Virus record (IMG/VR): IMGVR_UViG_3300008050_000020
DNA length: 20,000 bases
Reading direction: 5' to 3' (one strand)
DNA from: an uncultured virus (IMG/VR IMGVR_UViG_3300008050_000020)
Lineage: Duplodnaviria > Heunggongvirae > Uroviricota > Caudoviricetes
Part shown: piece by piece, positions 9,829 to 17,617 of the stretch
Layout of the letters: each line of letters begins with the position of its first letter
Numbering within the stretch: position 1 is the stretch's first letter
The notes under the pieces: model-generated
Told to the model about the DNA's origin: nothing
Database searches by the model: none
What the model saw: the letters and a program-made list of their open reading frames with translations, nothing else
Made by a program: the position numbers and the translations under genes

Positions 9829-10725
9829 ATGAGCCTACTCCGAGAATACATTCAGAGCGTTTTGCTAGAAGCTCCGAAGTACAAGCCGTATGCTTGGACT
9901 CCTTGGAGCGCCGAAGCGCAAGCCCACGAATACACGCCAGCTAGACCTGGCGTTGGCCCAGGTGAAGATCGACTCGCAGTCGAACTGAACGGGACAGTGC
10001 AGGGAGGTTCGACTCCTTACGACATTGTCGACGACAAGGGCAACAAGTGGGAAGTCAAAGAGCCCACCAAGTCCTGGATGGTCCGAGTCGGCACCGAAGG
10101 TCGAACAGCAGTTGCCCAGACTCGAGCTGCCTTTGATCGTGTAAATCGCAAGCTGGTTGATGGTCTGTCTCGAATTTCGAAGGAAGGTCTCAGCTTAAGT
10201 GAGATTCTTTCTGACGAAGCTCTAACATTCATCGGGGCCTACGTCGAGAAAGACGTTCCCATGATCGCTAAGGGCGAGATTTCAAAGGGGCGACTCGCGC
10301 GCATGCATCAGGTGATGTCAATCATCCACGAGCTGATCAAAGACGAAAAGCCTGAGCCCATGCAAAAGTCGGTTGAGATGGGCGATGAAGATCACAAGGT
10401 TAACGCGACAATCGACCTCAAGACTTACATCAAGCTTGGAAGCATTCTCAAGATCTCTCGAGACGAGCTGCAGGTCGACGACGGTGCAGTTCTAGCAGCC
10501 GCATTCACTGATCGGATCTTCCAGTCTGACCCTGACGAGTTCATGCGAAAGTACTGGTATGATGCCATCAAGGCATCAGATGTCTTCGGGCACACATCGG
10601 GTGTCGTCTTCGTCAATCCCGCAGGGTACAAGGTCGTGCCCATTGCAAACATTGACAAGGAACTCTCGTTCCAGCTCATTACGCAAGCCGTTCCGCAGTT
10701 CAAGGTCACTCGGGAGGCACAATGA
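9829..10725 (+). CDS. PD-(D/E)xK nuclease-like protein with LLRE..LxE leader
   Basis: MSLLREYIQSVLLEA; GPGEDRLA...GGSTPYDIV...KWEVK. Confidence 0.65.
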   Translation: MSLLREYIQSVLLEAPKYKPYAWTPWSAEAQAHEYTPARPGVGPGEDRLAVELNGTVQGGSTPYDIVDDKGNKWEVKEPTKSWMVRVGTEGRTAVAQTRAAFDRVNRKLVDGLSRISKEGLSLSEILSDEALTFIGAYVEKDVPMIAKGEISKGRLARMHQVMSIIHELIKDEKPEPMQKSVEMGDEDHKVNATIDLKTYIKLGSILKISRDELQVDDGAVLAAAFTDRIFQSDPDEFMRKYWYDAIKASDVFGHTSGVVFVNPAGYKVVPIANIDKELSFQLITQAVPQFKVTREAQ

Positions 10726-11108
10726 GCGCTGAGACTCTTATCCGAGAAACTGTCAGAGTCCATCTTGCTGAGTTCAAGAGGATGAGTGATCTGGTATCAG
10801 TGGTCGGCCGTCTAGAAGTTCGGACCGTCGGTGACAATTTGCCGACAGTTCCCGACATTTTGACTAACATGCGAGCTGAGCCCGGAATCGTTGTCGTCAA
10901 GCAGCTTGGTGCAATTCGGCGTGTCAAGCGAGGGCGAGAGCACCTTGACGTCGAGATCAAGTTCATGCCTGACAATGCAAATGCCAACGTGTTTTTGCAG
11001 AAGCTCGGCAAAACAGTAAAGGCGACACCAGGCATCGAGATCGTTGTCTTCTTGACAATGGACGGTCACCGCACGACCCAGGAAAGCGGTAAGCCCTGGG
11101 TGTTCTGA
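10722..11108 (+). CDS. Hypothetical alpha/beta protein with LIRE..LxE leader
   Basis: SAETLIRETVRVHLAE; internal repeat RAEPGIVVV / KATPGIEIV suggests a ferredoxin-like fold; ATGA overlap. Confidence 0.7.
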   Translation: MSAETLIRETVRVHLAEFKRMSDLVSVVGRLEVRTVGDNLPTVPDILTNMRAEPGIVVVKQLGAIRRVKRGREHLDVEIKFMPDNANANVFLQKLGKTVKATPGIEIVVFLTMDGHRTTQESGKPWVF

Positions 11109-11362
11109 TGGATCTTCTTCGTGCAACGGTGCGAGGTGTTCTTCAGGAGGCTCGTACGATTGTTCTGTACTCTCAGAATCGCAGCGATCTTGCGCTGGCA
11201 CTCCAGTGGGTTCAGAACAATGGAAAGCTCCGATCTGCAGGCGAGATCGAGCAGCTCGACGATAAGACCTACCTGGTCCGGCTCCGCGCGAAGGGTAGTC
11301 CCGATGACGCAATCAAGCTGGTCAACGACCGTTTTGGCAGCTTTGTGAAGGTCAAAAAGTAA
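11108..11362 (+). CDS. Small hypothetical protein with LLRA..LxE leader
   Basis: MDLLRATVRGVLQEA; TGATG overlap. Confidence 0.7.
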   Translation: MDLLRATVRGVLQEARTIVLYSQNRSDLALALQWVQNNGKLRSAGEIEQLDDKTYLVRLRAKGSPDDAIKLVNDRFGSFVKVKK

Positions 11363-11369
11363 AACTTGC

Positions 11370-11399
11370 GTGCATTCCGGCGTGCATGTATTGTATACT
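11370..11399 (+). promoter_or_regulatory. Class A promoter GTGCAT-N18-TATACT
   Basis: Intergenic; GGGAG SD follows. Confidence 0.75.
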
Positions 11400-11416
11400 G
11401 GGGTGTGGGAGTTTAG

Positions 11417-11614
11417 ATGACCTTGCAGAGACTCACAGAGTACGCCCAGAAGCTTTGGAGAAGTCCCACCTTGTGGTTCTTCATCGGAGTTCTGAATGTC
11501 CCTGTAGTGTTTGTGGGTGCTTATCTGAATGATGGTCCCACAGTAGCCGTTGGAGCAGCTTCTCTAGTTACGTGTTGGATTGGAGCTCTTCTTCGGCGCT
11601 GGAGTTCGAAATGA
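11417..11614 (+). CDS. Small two-TM membrane protein
   Basis: Two hydrophobic segments; SD present; ATGA overlap with the next gene. Confidence 0.7.
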   Translation: MTLQRLTEYAQKLWRSPTLWFFIGVLNVPVVFVGAYLNDGPTVAVGAASLVTCWIGALLRRWSSK

Positions 11615-12321
11615 AGATTCTATACGTGGGTGATCTCCACGGAAATGTGCCCGCATACGGTCGTGTCGATACGGCTGCAAAGAACATGAACGCTGACGCC
11701 ATCGTGCAGGTGGGAGATCAGGCTGTCTTCTGGCCAGGTGATGATCGCACCGAGCGTTATTTTCAGAAGCGTCAGCGTCAGAACAAGCTGACCACACCCT
11801 GGTACTTTGCCGACGGGAACCATGAGGATCACAACCGACTCGATCAGATCTGGACAGAGCAAGGACAGCCCGACGTTGTAAAGCTCTTCGAGAATGTTTT
11901 CCACGTTCGACGCGGCGGCTTTGTTGAGATTGCTGGCGTGAGCCATGTGTTTTGTGGGGGAGCTCGAAGTACTGACCGACACCACAGAATCGAGGACATC
12001 TCCTGGTGGAGTCAGGAGGCACCAAGCGGCGCTGATCTTCGTAAGTTCTTCGACGCCATTCAGGATTTCAAGCCTGAGGTGATTGTCACGCATGACGCTC
12101 CGAATTGTGTGCCTCTCTACCGAGACGGTCGTCAAAGTGATCCAACCGCGACGGGCTTCATGAAGATTGCCAGCATGAGTGATCATCGACCCCAGCGGTG
12201 GTACTTCGGTCATCACCACATTCTCAAGTCCTGGACTGATGTGTCGGATATCGATTTTTACTGTTGCGGAATCGACGGTCTGTTTCACGTCTGGGATACG
12301 GAGGTTGAAGCTGGTAAGTAA
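11611..12321 (+). CDS. Calcineurin-like metallophosphoesterase
   Basis: Start ATG 11611 (MKILYVGDLHG); QVGD, DGNHE, GGARSTD, VTHDAP, YFGHHH. Confidence 0.92.
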   Translation: MKILYVGDLHGNVPAYGRVDTAAKNMNADAIVQVGDQAVFWPGDDRTERYFQKRQRQNKLTTPWYFADGNHEDHNRLDQIWTEQGQPDVVKLFENVFHVRRGGFVEIAGVSHVFCGGARSTDRHHRIEDISWWSQEAPSGADLRKFFDAIQDFKPEVIVTHDAPNCVPLYRDGRQSDPTATGFMKIASMSDHRPQRWYFGHHHILKSWTDVSDIDFYCCGIDGLFHVWDTEVEAGK

Positions 12322-12380
12322 TTCATTCGAGAGACAAGTCTAGTGAAGGCCTGTCTCTCGAGTTCGTCGATAATTGTTAC

Positions 12381-12409
12381 GTGCACAGCCGATTCTGGCA
12401 AAGTACGAT
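12381..12409 (+). promoter_or_regulatory. Class A promoter GTGCAC-N17-TACGAT
   Basis: Motif match; supports a true start at ATG 12443. Confidence 0.65.
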
Positions 12410-12442
12410 GTGAAAGCGATACCCCAGCCCAGGGAGCCGACG

Positions 12443-12655
12443 ATGACTGCTACGGGACTTACCACAGAGAGGATCGAAACGATGACGACGAGCGAAATTA
12501 CAAGGCGTCTCCGCGGCCTCCGATCGTTGATTCGAATTCGAAGGGCCAAGCAGGTATCGACACACCAGGACGAGCTAGATCTTTGTTACCTCATGCGGGA
12601 ACAAGAAGATCGGACTCGGCGCATTGCAGCTGGGATTCTACACGAGGTAGAGTAA
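12443..12655 (+). CDS. Small Arg-rich helical hypothetical protein
   Basis: AGGGAG SD 6 nt before ATG 12443, in frame with the tracked ORF 12374. Confidence 0.7.
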   Translation: MTATGLTTERIETMTTSEITRRLRGLRSLIRIRRAKQVSTHQDELDLCYLMREQEDRTRRIAAGILHEVE

Positions 12656-12686
12656 AAGATCTTCTCGGGAGTTTCCGCGTGAGTCT

Positions 12687-12717
12687 GGGACGTTATACTT
12701 CCAACAACGTCCCTTTT
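12687..12717 (+). terminator. Inverted repeat GGGACGTT-N11-AACGTCCC followed by TTTT (terminator or operator)
   Basis: Perfect 8-bp arms and a short T-run; overlaps a TATACT -10-like element. Confidence 0.5.
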
Positions 12718-12745
12718 CACAATGACGCATTCTCCAGGAGAATCT

Positions 12746-13147
12746 ATGTTCGACGAGTTCCTTTCAGACGCCCTTGCAAACGATCTTTTGGAGAGTATGT
12801 GGGTCGAAGCCATGTTTGCGGGAAACATCGCACAGACACCAGGTGCGCCAGCAGCCAATGTCGAACACACCGAGAACAACATCGACATTCGTGTGGCACT
12901 GCCGGGACTAAGTCGATCGGACATCGATGTGACTGTCGAAGGCGGAGTTCTTACAGTATCGACGTCCGATCAGCGGACCGAGGATTGTGCTCGACCAACG
13001 GGTTGGTCTTCGTATGGGACCACCAGCGCGTGGGCACTTCCAGTAGGTGTACAGCTTCAGCAGATCAGCTCGCGGTACGAAGCAGGTGTCCTGACAGTTT
13101 CGATTCCTCACGAGCCCACCGAGCTTCTCGAGATTCCAGTCGAGTAA
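12746..13147 (+). CDS. Small heat-shock protein (Hsp20/alpha-crystallin)
   Basis: VALPGLSRSDIDVTVEGGVLTVS, LP...ISSRYEAGVLTVSIP, C-terminal I-x-V (IPV); start ATG 12746 after AGGAG. Confidence 0.9.
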   Translation: MFDEFLSDALANDLLESMWVEAMFAGNIAQTPGAPAANVEHTENNIDIRVALPGLSRSDIDVTVEGGVLTVSTSDQRTEDCARPTGWSSYGTTSAWALPVGVQLQQISSRYEAGVLTVSIPHEPTELLEIPVE

Positions 13148-13172
13148 TCTCTCAGGCTCGAATTCCGCTGCT

Positions 13173-13205
13173 TCGCCCGCGCAAGAGCGCGGGCGAGCTT
13201 GTTTT
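13173..13205 (+). terminator. Intrinsic terminator after hsp20
   Basis: TCGCCCGCGC-AAGA-GCGCGGGCGA perfect 10-bp stem followed by GCTTGTTTT. Confidence 0.8.
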
Positions 13206-13236
13206 GGCAGCAGATCTCTAAGAGTAATTTTTCTTT

Positions 13237-13265
13237 GTACATTTGCTTGCATACCATGGTATAAT
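13237..13265 (+). promoter_or_regulatory. Promoter GTACAT-N17-TATAAT with TGn extension, driving the sigma operon
   Basis: Consensus -10 preceded by TGG; T-rich upstream tract; AAGGAG SD. Confidence 0.8.
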
Positions 13266-13286
13266 GCAATGTAAAGGAGCAACTGC

Positions 13287-14051
13287 ATGGGAAACCTCAA
13301 TTCGTATTTCAATGGCGCGGGAAAGAGAAAGCTGCTTACTCGAGAGCAGGAGCGGACACTCGCTCAAAAGATCGAAGCAGGAGATCAGCACGCTCGAGCC
13401 GTGATGATCGAGTCGAATTTGCGGCTGGCAATCAGCATCGCCAAGAAGTACCAGAATCGAGGTTGTGACTTCGAAGACCTGATTCAGGAGGCAAACATCG
13501 GCCTGATGAAGGCCGTCGAGAAGTTTGACTGGCGACGAGGTTACAAGTTCTCGACGTACGCGACCTGGTGGGTCAAGCAGGCAGTTGGACGTCATGTGTC
13601 TGCACACTCCAGGACTATCCGCATTCCCTCGCATCAGTCGAGCAATCTGTGGAAGATTCGAAAGTTCCAGAAGGAATACGAGCTCGAGTTCAAGTCCTTT
13701 CCGACCAACGAAGAGATCGGAGCTTTCCTCAACATCACTGTTGATCAGGTCAAGGCAGCCTTGAATGCGGGCCAGGCCACTGTCTCTCTTGACAAGGAGA
13801 TTGGCAGCGGTGACAAGGGTGGGAGTCGCACTCTTGCTGACGTCATTCCCGACATTGAGCGAGAAGATCCTTCTGCTGCTCTGGACCGACGTGCGATTGC
13901 ATCCTCTGTTCGTGCTGCTCTGTCAACGCTGACAGCTCGAGAAGAGAAGATTGTCCGACTTCGGTTTGGCATCACTGAGGATCCCAAGGATTCTGAGAAC
14001 TTTCCCATTACTACTGACGAGCTGACCGAGCTCAATCGTCGCTGCAGCTGA
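13287..14051 (+). CDS. Sigma70-family (RpoD/RpoS-like) factor with regions 1.2-4.1, lacking the region 4.2 HTH
   Basis: LLTREQE, SNLRLAISIAKKY, DLIQEANIGLMKAVEKFD, YKFSTYATWWVKQA, RTIRIP, SLDKEI, LTAREEKIVRLRFGI, then an unrelated 25-aa tail. Confidence 0.93.
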   Translation: MGNLNSYFNGAGKRKLLTREQERTLAQKIEAGDQHARAVMIESNLRLAISIAKKYQNRGCDFEDLIQEANIGLMKAVEKFDWRRGYKFSTYATWWVKQAVGRHVSAHSRTIRIPSHQSSNLWKIRKFQKEYELEFKSFPTNEEIGAFLNITVDQVKAALNAGQATVSLDKEIGSGDKGGSRTLADVIPDIEREDPSAALDRRAIASSVRAALSTLTAREEKIVRLRFGITEDPKDSENFPITTDELTELNRRCS

Positions 14052-14070
14052 TTCGAGGAGAATACACTTT

Positions 14071-14349
14071 ATGTCTATGCCTAAGGGCCACAAGGTCAAG
14101 CGTGGCTATGCCACTATCGATCCCTCCTGGGGAGGACTGGATTTCCGTAAGATCTCGGAGACCATGACTACCAGCGGTGACAAGATGAACCATTCAACGG
14201 CACGCAATGTCTTCCTCAGGGCAATGCGCAGTATCGCTGATCGGGTAATTCGAGATGCGGGCGGAGATGTCTCTGAGGCAAACGTCAACGCAGTTGCCAA
14301 GCACCCCATGTTCCAGCAGGGTGTTGCTGAGGTTCTGCGCAAGGAGTAG
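14071..14349 (+). CDS. Stand-alone HTH protein resembling sigma region 4.2
   Basis: GLDFRKISETMTTSGDKMNHSTARNVFLRAMRSIA aligns by eye with TLEEVG..F.VTRERIRQIEAKALRKL; has its own GAGGAG SD. Confidence 0.7.
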   Translation: MSMPKGHKVKRGYATIDPSWGGLDFRKISETMTTSGDKMNHSTARNVFLRAMRSIADRVIRDAGGDVSEANVNAVAKHPMFQQGVAEVLRKE

Positions 14350-14699
14350 TGATGGATTCGCCCTTCGGTTTTATGCTCAAGCACATCGGCCTCGAGCTTG
14401 GCTCTCTTCATTGGCATACTGCGCTGCTGGAGTCGTGTGATTGGGACGAAGACGCCAAGGATGAACTCCTTGTCAAGGTGTCGGATCTCATCACCAAGCT
14501 TCATGCATCTGCCGAACCGGGCGAGCTTCACAGTCCGATCATTCTTGTAGTTCTGCGACAGAAGCTTCGGGCCATTGCCGGCGATATGCAGATAGATATT
14601 CTCATGAACCTCCTTCAGGCGGAGACCGCTCTGGAACTGGGAGGAGAGGAGATGTCGAATGGTAACGTGGGAATTTCTCAGATCCAAGCGGAAGCTTGA
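14349..14699 (+). CDS. Hypothetical helical protein
   Basis: Coupled to the HTH gene (start GTG 14349 or ATG 14352); AAGGAG SD. Confidence 0.65.
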   Translation: MMDSPFGFMLKHIGLELGSLHWHTALLESCDWDEDAKDELLVKVSDLITKLHASAEPGELHSPIILVVLRQKLRAIAGDMQIDILMNLLQAETALELGGEEMSNGNVGISQIQAEA

Positions 14700-15183
14700 G
14701 ATCCCGGCCTGGCTGATTAACCAAGGCCTCGACGCAGACAGTTATACATCGTTTCTCTTTGTTCTTGAGTCGTTGGGCGTCAAGAACATTGACGAATCAG
14801 AGTATCGGTCAATGTTCCCGCTTACTCCGCGGGAACTGCGAGTTGCTGCACAAGCAGAGAAGGACGCTGCTAGAAAGGCTGCGAGACTTCTGCGCCAAGC
14901 TGAAGAACGCGCAGAAAAGTCTGCAGCTAGAAAAGCTGCTCGTCATGCCGCGCAAGCAGAGAAGAATGCTAAGCGGAAGGCAGATCGTATCGCGGCTCAA
15001 GAAGCACCACTCGCTGAAAAGGCAGCTGTCAGAAAGGCAGCTCGCAAGGCAGAGCAGGAAGAGAAGGCTGCTGAGCGAAAAGCTGCTCGCTTAGCCGAAC
15101 GCGAAGAGATGGCGAAGCCTTCACAAGAAGGCCTTCCGCGCAGTAGAAATAAGCAGCAGCCTAAGGAAGAAGCAGATGTCTGA
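14659..15183 (+). CDS. Hypothetical protein with Ala/Lys/Arg/Glu-rich repetitive helix
   Basis: GGAG-rich upstream region; repeated RKAAR units (about 14830-15100). Confidence 0.75.
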   Translation: MVTWEFLRSKRKLEIPAWLINQGLDADSYTSFLFVLESLGVKNIDESEYRSMFPLTPRELRVAAQAEKDAARKAARLLRQAEERAEKSAARKAARHAAQAEKNAKRKADRIAAQEAPLAEKAAVRKAARKAEQEEKAAERKAARLAEREEMAKPSQEGLPRSRNKQQPKEEADV

Positions 15184-15445
15184 AACTACCGCAGAGCCGC
15201 AAGCCGAGATTGAGCTCCCTCACAACGCCTGGTACGATGAAGAGTCTGATACTGTCTCTTTTGCTCTGGGTATTTGCACATTCTCTCTCGATCCCAGTGA
15301 ATTCTTTGCATTCGCTGAGCAGCTCGATGACATTTCGACAGTGTTGGCTCAGATGACAACAGTCGAAGAAGTCAGGTGCCCCACTTGTGGTTCAGAGGGA
15401 CATGCAATTGACATTGCACCGATCCCTGAGGGTGACTTCCATTAG
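15176..15445 (+). CDS. Small acidic hypothetical protein with CPTC
   Basis: Overlaps the upstream stop; AAGGAAG upstream. Confidence 0.7.
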   Translation: MSETTAEPQAEIELPHNAWYDEESDTVSFALGICTFSLDPSEFFAFAEQLDDISTVLAQMTTVEEVRCPTCGSEGHAIDIAPIPEGDFH

Positions 15446-15453
15446 CAGATCAC

Positions 15454-15482
15454 GTGCATTTCTCTTCCCAGCGTGGTAGAAT
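15454..15482 (+). promoter_or_regulatory. Class A promoter GTGCAT-N17-TAGAAT
   Basis: Intergenic; TGG extension; GGAGG SD follows. Confidence 0.75.
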
Positions 15483-15505
15483 AGAACTGTCTGGAGGAAA
15501 GCAGC

Positions 15506-15835
15506 ATGGAGATTCGTGACGACGGTGTCAAGGTCATGACTCGAGGCGAAATGAGAAACCGGGCTCGGCGCAAGCGCGGCCTCGGTCGCCGTTCCAAGTG
15601 GTACGATCGCAAATCAGTCGTCATCGTTGCAGAACGACCTCACACAACCAAGACGGTTTTGGTCGACGTCAATGATCTCGTTGTCAACAATGGCTCGATT
15701 GATCTTGCAAACGAACGCAAGACGGGCATCGTCACCTGTGTTGACACCTATCGGAAGACGGTAACCGTCATCTGTGAAGACGGCATCATCGACTGGCATT
15801 TCTCTGAGCTGGAGCGATTCGCTAGAGGCTCCTGA
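15506..15835 (+). CDS. Hypothetical protein with basic N-terminus and SH3-like C-terminus
   Basis: VNDLVV...TGIVTCVD...VTVICEDGIIDWHFSELE. Confidence 0.7.
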   Translation: MEIRDDGVKVMTRGEMRNRARRKRGLGRRSKWYDRKSVVIVAERPHTTKTVLVDVNDLVVNNGSIDLANERKTGIVTCVDTYRKTVTVICEDGIIDWHFSELERFARGS

Positions 15836-15904
15836 CGCGCAGAGAGTAAAGTAAGTGGATGCTCCTGCCCGCCTACGTAGTATTATGTGACTACGGAGGT
15901 TGGT

Positions 15905-16741
15905 GTGTATGTGATTGCTCTTCAAGGGGGTGGCTTCAAAGGAGCATTCCAGGCACCCATCGTCAAGGCGCTTGTACAAGCCCGACGGCCAGATCTCATT
16001 TTGGGTGTATCAGTCGGCGCAATCAACGGCGTCCTGGCGGCGCAAGAAGACTTCGCTGTCTTGGATCGAATCTGGTCATCCATCGACGATAGCACACCGA
16101 TCGACGGGATCAAGGGATTCCTCTCGCCTGCTATCTTCAGAGGCAAAGCCCTGTTTCACTTGGGTCCGCTTCGGCAGAAGTTAGAGAAGTTTACGTCTCT
16201 CGACAAGCTGGTGATTCCGTTCGGTGCGGGATCTGTAGCTCGAGAAACTGACGAGTACCACACGTTGTTGTCTTCCGAGATGACGACGGATGATCAACTC
16301 TGGAATTCTGTTCATGGCTCAGCCGCTATTGCGGGACTCATGGAGCCAGTCAAAATGGAATACAACGGAAAGCTTCTGACCTGGTCAGACGGTGGGCATG
16401 TAAGCTCTGTCCCGATTATTCCGCATGACATCGAAGATCAGATCACTCATGCTGACATCATCATGACGAGTCCCATCGCTAGCAACACAAAGAAGCCCGA
16501 AGAAGTCAATGGTCTTCTCGAATCGATTGAGTGGGCAATGCACCTTGCGAACAAGCACGTGCAAGCGCAAGGACTTGCTCGCTACCGAATTCTCCGCCGT
16601 CGCCAGGGTGCCACAATCCGTGTCTTCGCACCGGCGCAGGGCCTGGGTGGCCTTTTGACAGCTGATCAGAAGACACTTCGATGGCGTCGAAAGCAAGGAT
16701 TCAAGGCTCTGCGAAAGCCTACAGTTTGGGCGCCCGTGTAA
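15905..16741 (+). CDS. Patatin-like phospholipase
   Basis: LQGGGFKG oxyanion loop, GVSVG nucleophile elbow, SAAI, SDGG; likely GTG start at 15905 after GGAGG. Confidence 0.92.
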   Translation: MYVIALQGGGFKGAFQAPIVKALVQARRPDLILGVSVGAINGVLAAQEDFAVLDRIWSSIDDSTPIDGIKGFLSPAIFRGKALFHLGPLRQKLEKFTSLDKLVIPFGAGSVARETDEYHTLLSSEMTTDDQLWNSVHGSAAIAGLMEPVKMEYNGKLLTWSDGGHVSSVPIIPHDIEDQITHADIIMTSPIASNTKKPEEVNGLLESIEWAMHLANKHVQAQGLARYRILRRRQGATIRVFAPAQGLGGLLTADQKTLRWRRKQGFKALRKPTVWAPV

Positions 16742-16765
16742 GTGCCCAACCTCTTGTGTTATGAT
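16736..16765 (+). promoter_or_regulatory. Class A promoter GTGTAA-N18-TATGAT
   Basis: The -35 element contains the patatin stop codon. Confidence 0.72.
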
Positions 16766-16782
16766 AGCAGCAAGAGGTGCGA

Positions 16783-17580
16783 GTGGCCAAGTCTCGACGA
16801 TTAAGCTGGGGCAAGATGAAGCCTGACATGCCGGGAACGAGCAAGAAAGTAGCTCGTCGTCGGCAAAAGAAGGAGCTGATCAAGCTTGCTAAGCGTCGAA
16901 AGCCCAACAAGCGAATGACTGACGCGCAGTGGGAAGAGCTGCTAGAGAGTCGTCCATTGCTGGCCGAGCTTGATCAGTACATTCACAGTCCTTTCATGAT
17001 TCACTGGCTACGACCTCTCAGGGATTTCCAGAAAGAGATGATCGAGGGGAAGTCACTCTCTCGACAGCACAGCGATTGGTTTCGCAAAGTCCAGCAATTC
17101 TATGCAAAGACTATGACTGAGCTCGACAATGGTGCTGAGCTTAGCGCAGCAGACCAGTGGACGCTAGACCACGCACTCAGAATCGAGCGGGGTCCTGTCT
17201 CTCTCGATAGCAAAGAGGCTGTCAAGGTCTGTCTTGCTGCTTACCGCGCCCACGGCTGGGTGACGAAGAAGATGAAGAAGATCATCTTGCAGAAGCACGG
17301 CGTCATTATCGACCAGCTTCGAGATCCCTGCTTCAAAGCGAATGACCTGGTAACTTTGCTGCTCGGTCGCTGGTGGCCGCATAACAGAAAGCTTGACAAT
17401 GCTGGTCGTGACGAAATTCTGGGACTGATTGCCGGCGAGCCTACCACTGACTACAGTATGTACGAACAGCAGCATGTAGTCAAATTTCCGGTTATCGTTT
17501 TTGCTCTCGACGGACAAATTCAGTCGGTCGAGGCCCAGTTTATCAAAATCAAAGCTCGCCAGCGTGTAAAAGACAGCTAA
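16783..17580 (+). CDS. Hypothetical protein with very basic N-terminus and SH3-like C-terminus
   Basis: GTG after GAGG (start uncertain); FKANDLVTL near the C-terminus. Confidence 0.7.
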   Translation: MAKSRRLSWGKMKPDMPGTSKKVARRRQKKELIKLAKRRKPNKRMTDAQWEELLESRPLLAELDQYIHSPFMIHWLRPLRDFQKEMIEGKSLSRQHSDWFRKVQQFYAKTMTELDNGAELSAADQWTLDHALRIERGPVSLDSKEAVKVCLAAYRAHGWVTKKMKKIILQKHGVIIDQLRDPCFKANDLVTLLLGRWWPHNRKLDNAGRDEILGLIAGEPTTDYSMYEQQHVVKFPVIVFALDGQIQSVEAQFIKIKARQRVKDS

Positions 17581-17593
17581 GCGTGTGTAGAAT
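17564..17593 (+). promoter_or_regulatory. Class A promoter GTGTAA-N18-TAGAAT
   Basis: Overlaps the 3' end of the upstream ORF; GAGG SD follows. Confidence 0.75.
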
Positions 17594-17617
17594 GACACTT
17601 CAAAGGCAGAGGAAAGA

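Noticed and set aside
12343..13221. 292-aa plus-strand ORF overlapping hsp20
   Set aside because: Arg/Ser-rich off-frame composition; it spans a promoter, two better-supported genes and a terminator.
13970..14071. Frameshift or sequencing error joining the sigma ORF to the HTH ORF
   Set aside because: Both alternative frames contain stops and encode no HTH-like sequence; the HTH ORF has its own SD and extra N-terminal residues. Read mapping would settle it.
15905..16741. Patatin as a CBASS CapV effector
   Set aside because: No CD-NTase or other CBASS genes are in the window.
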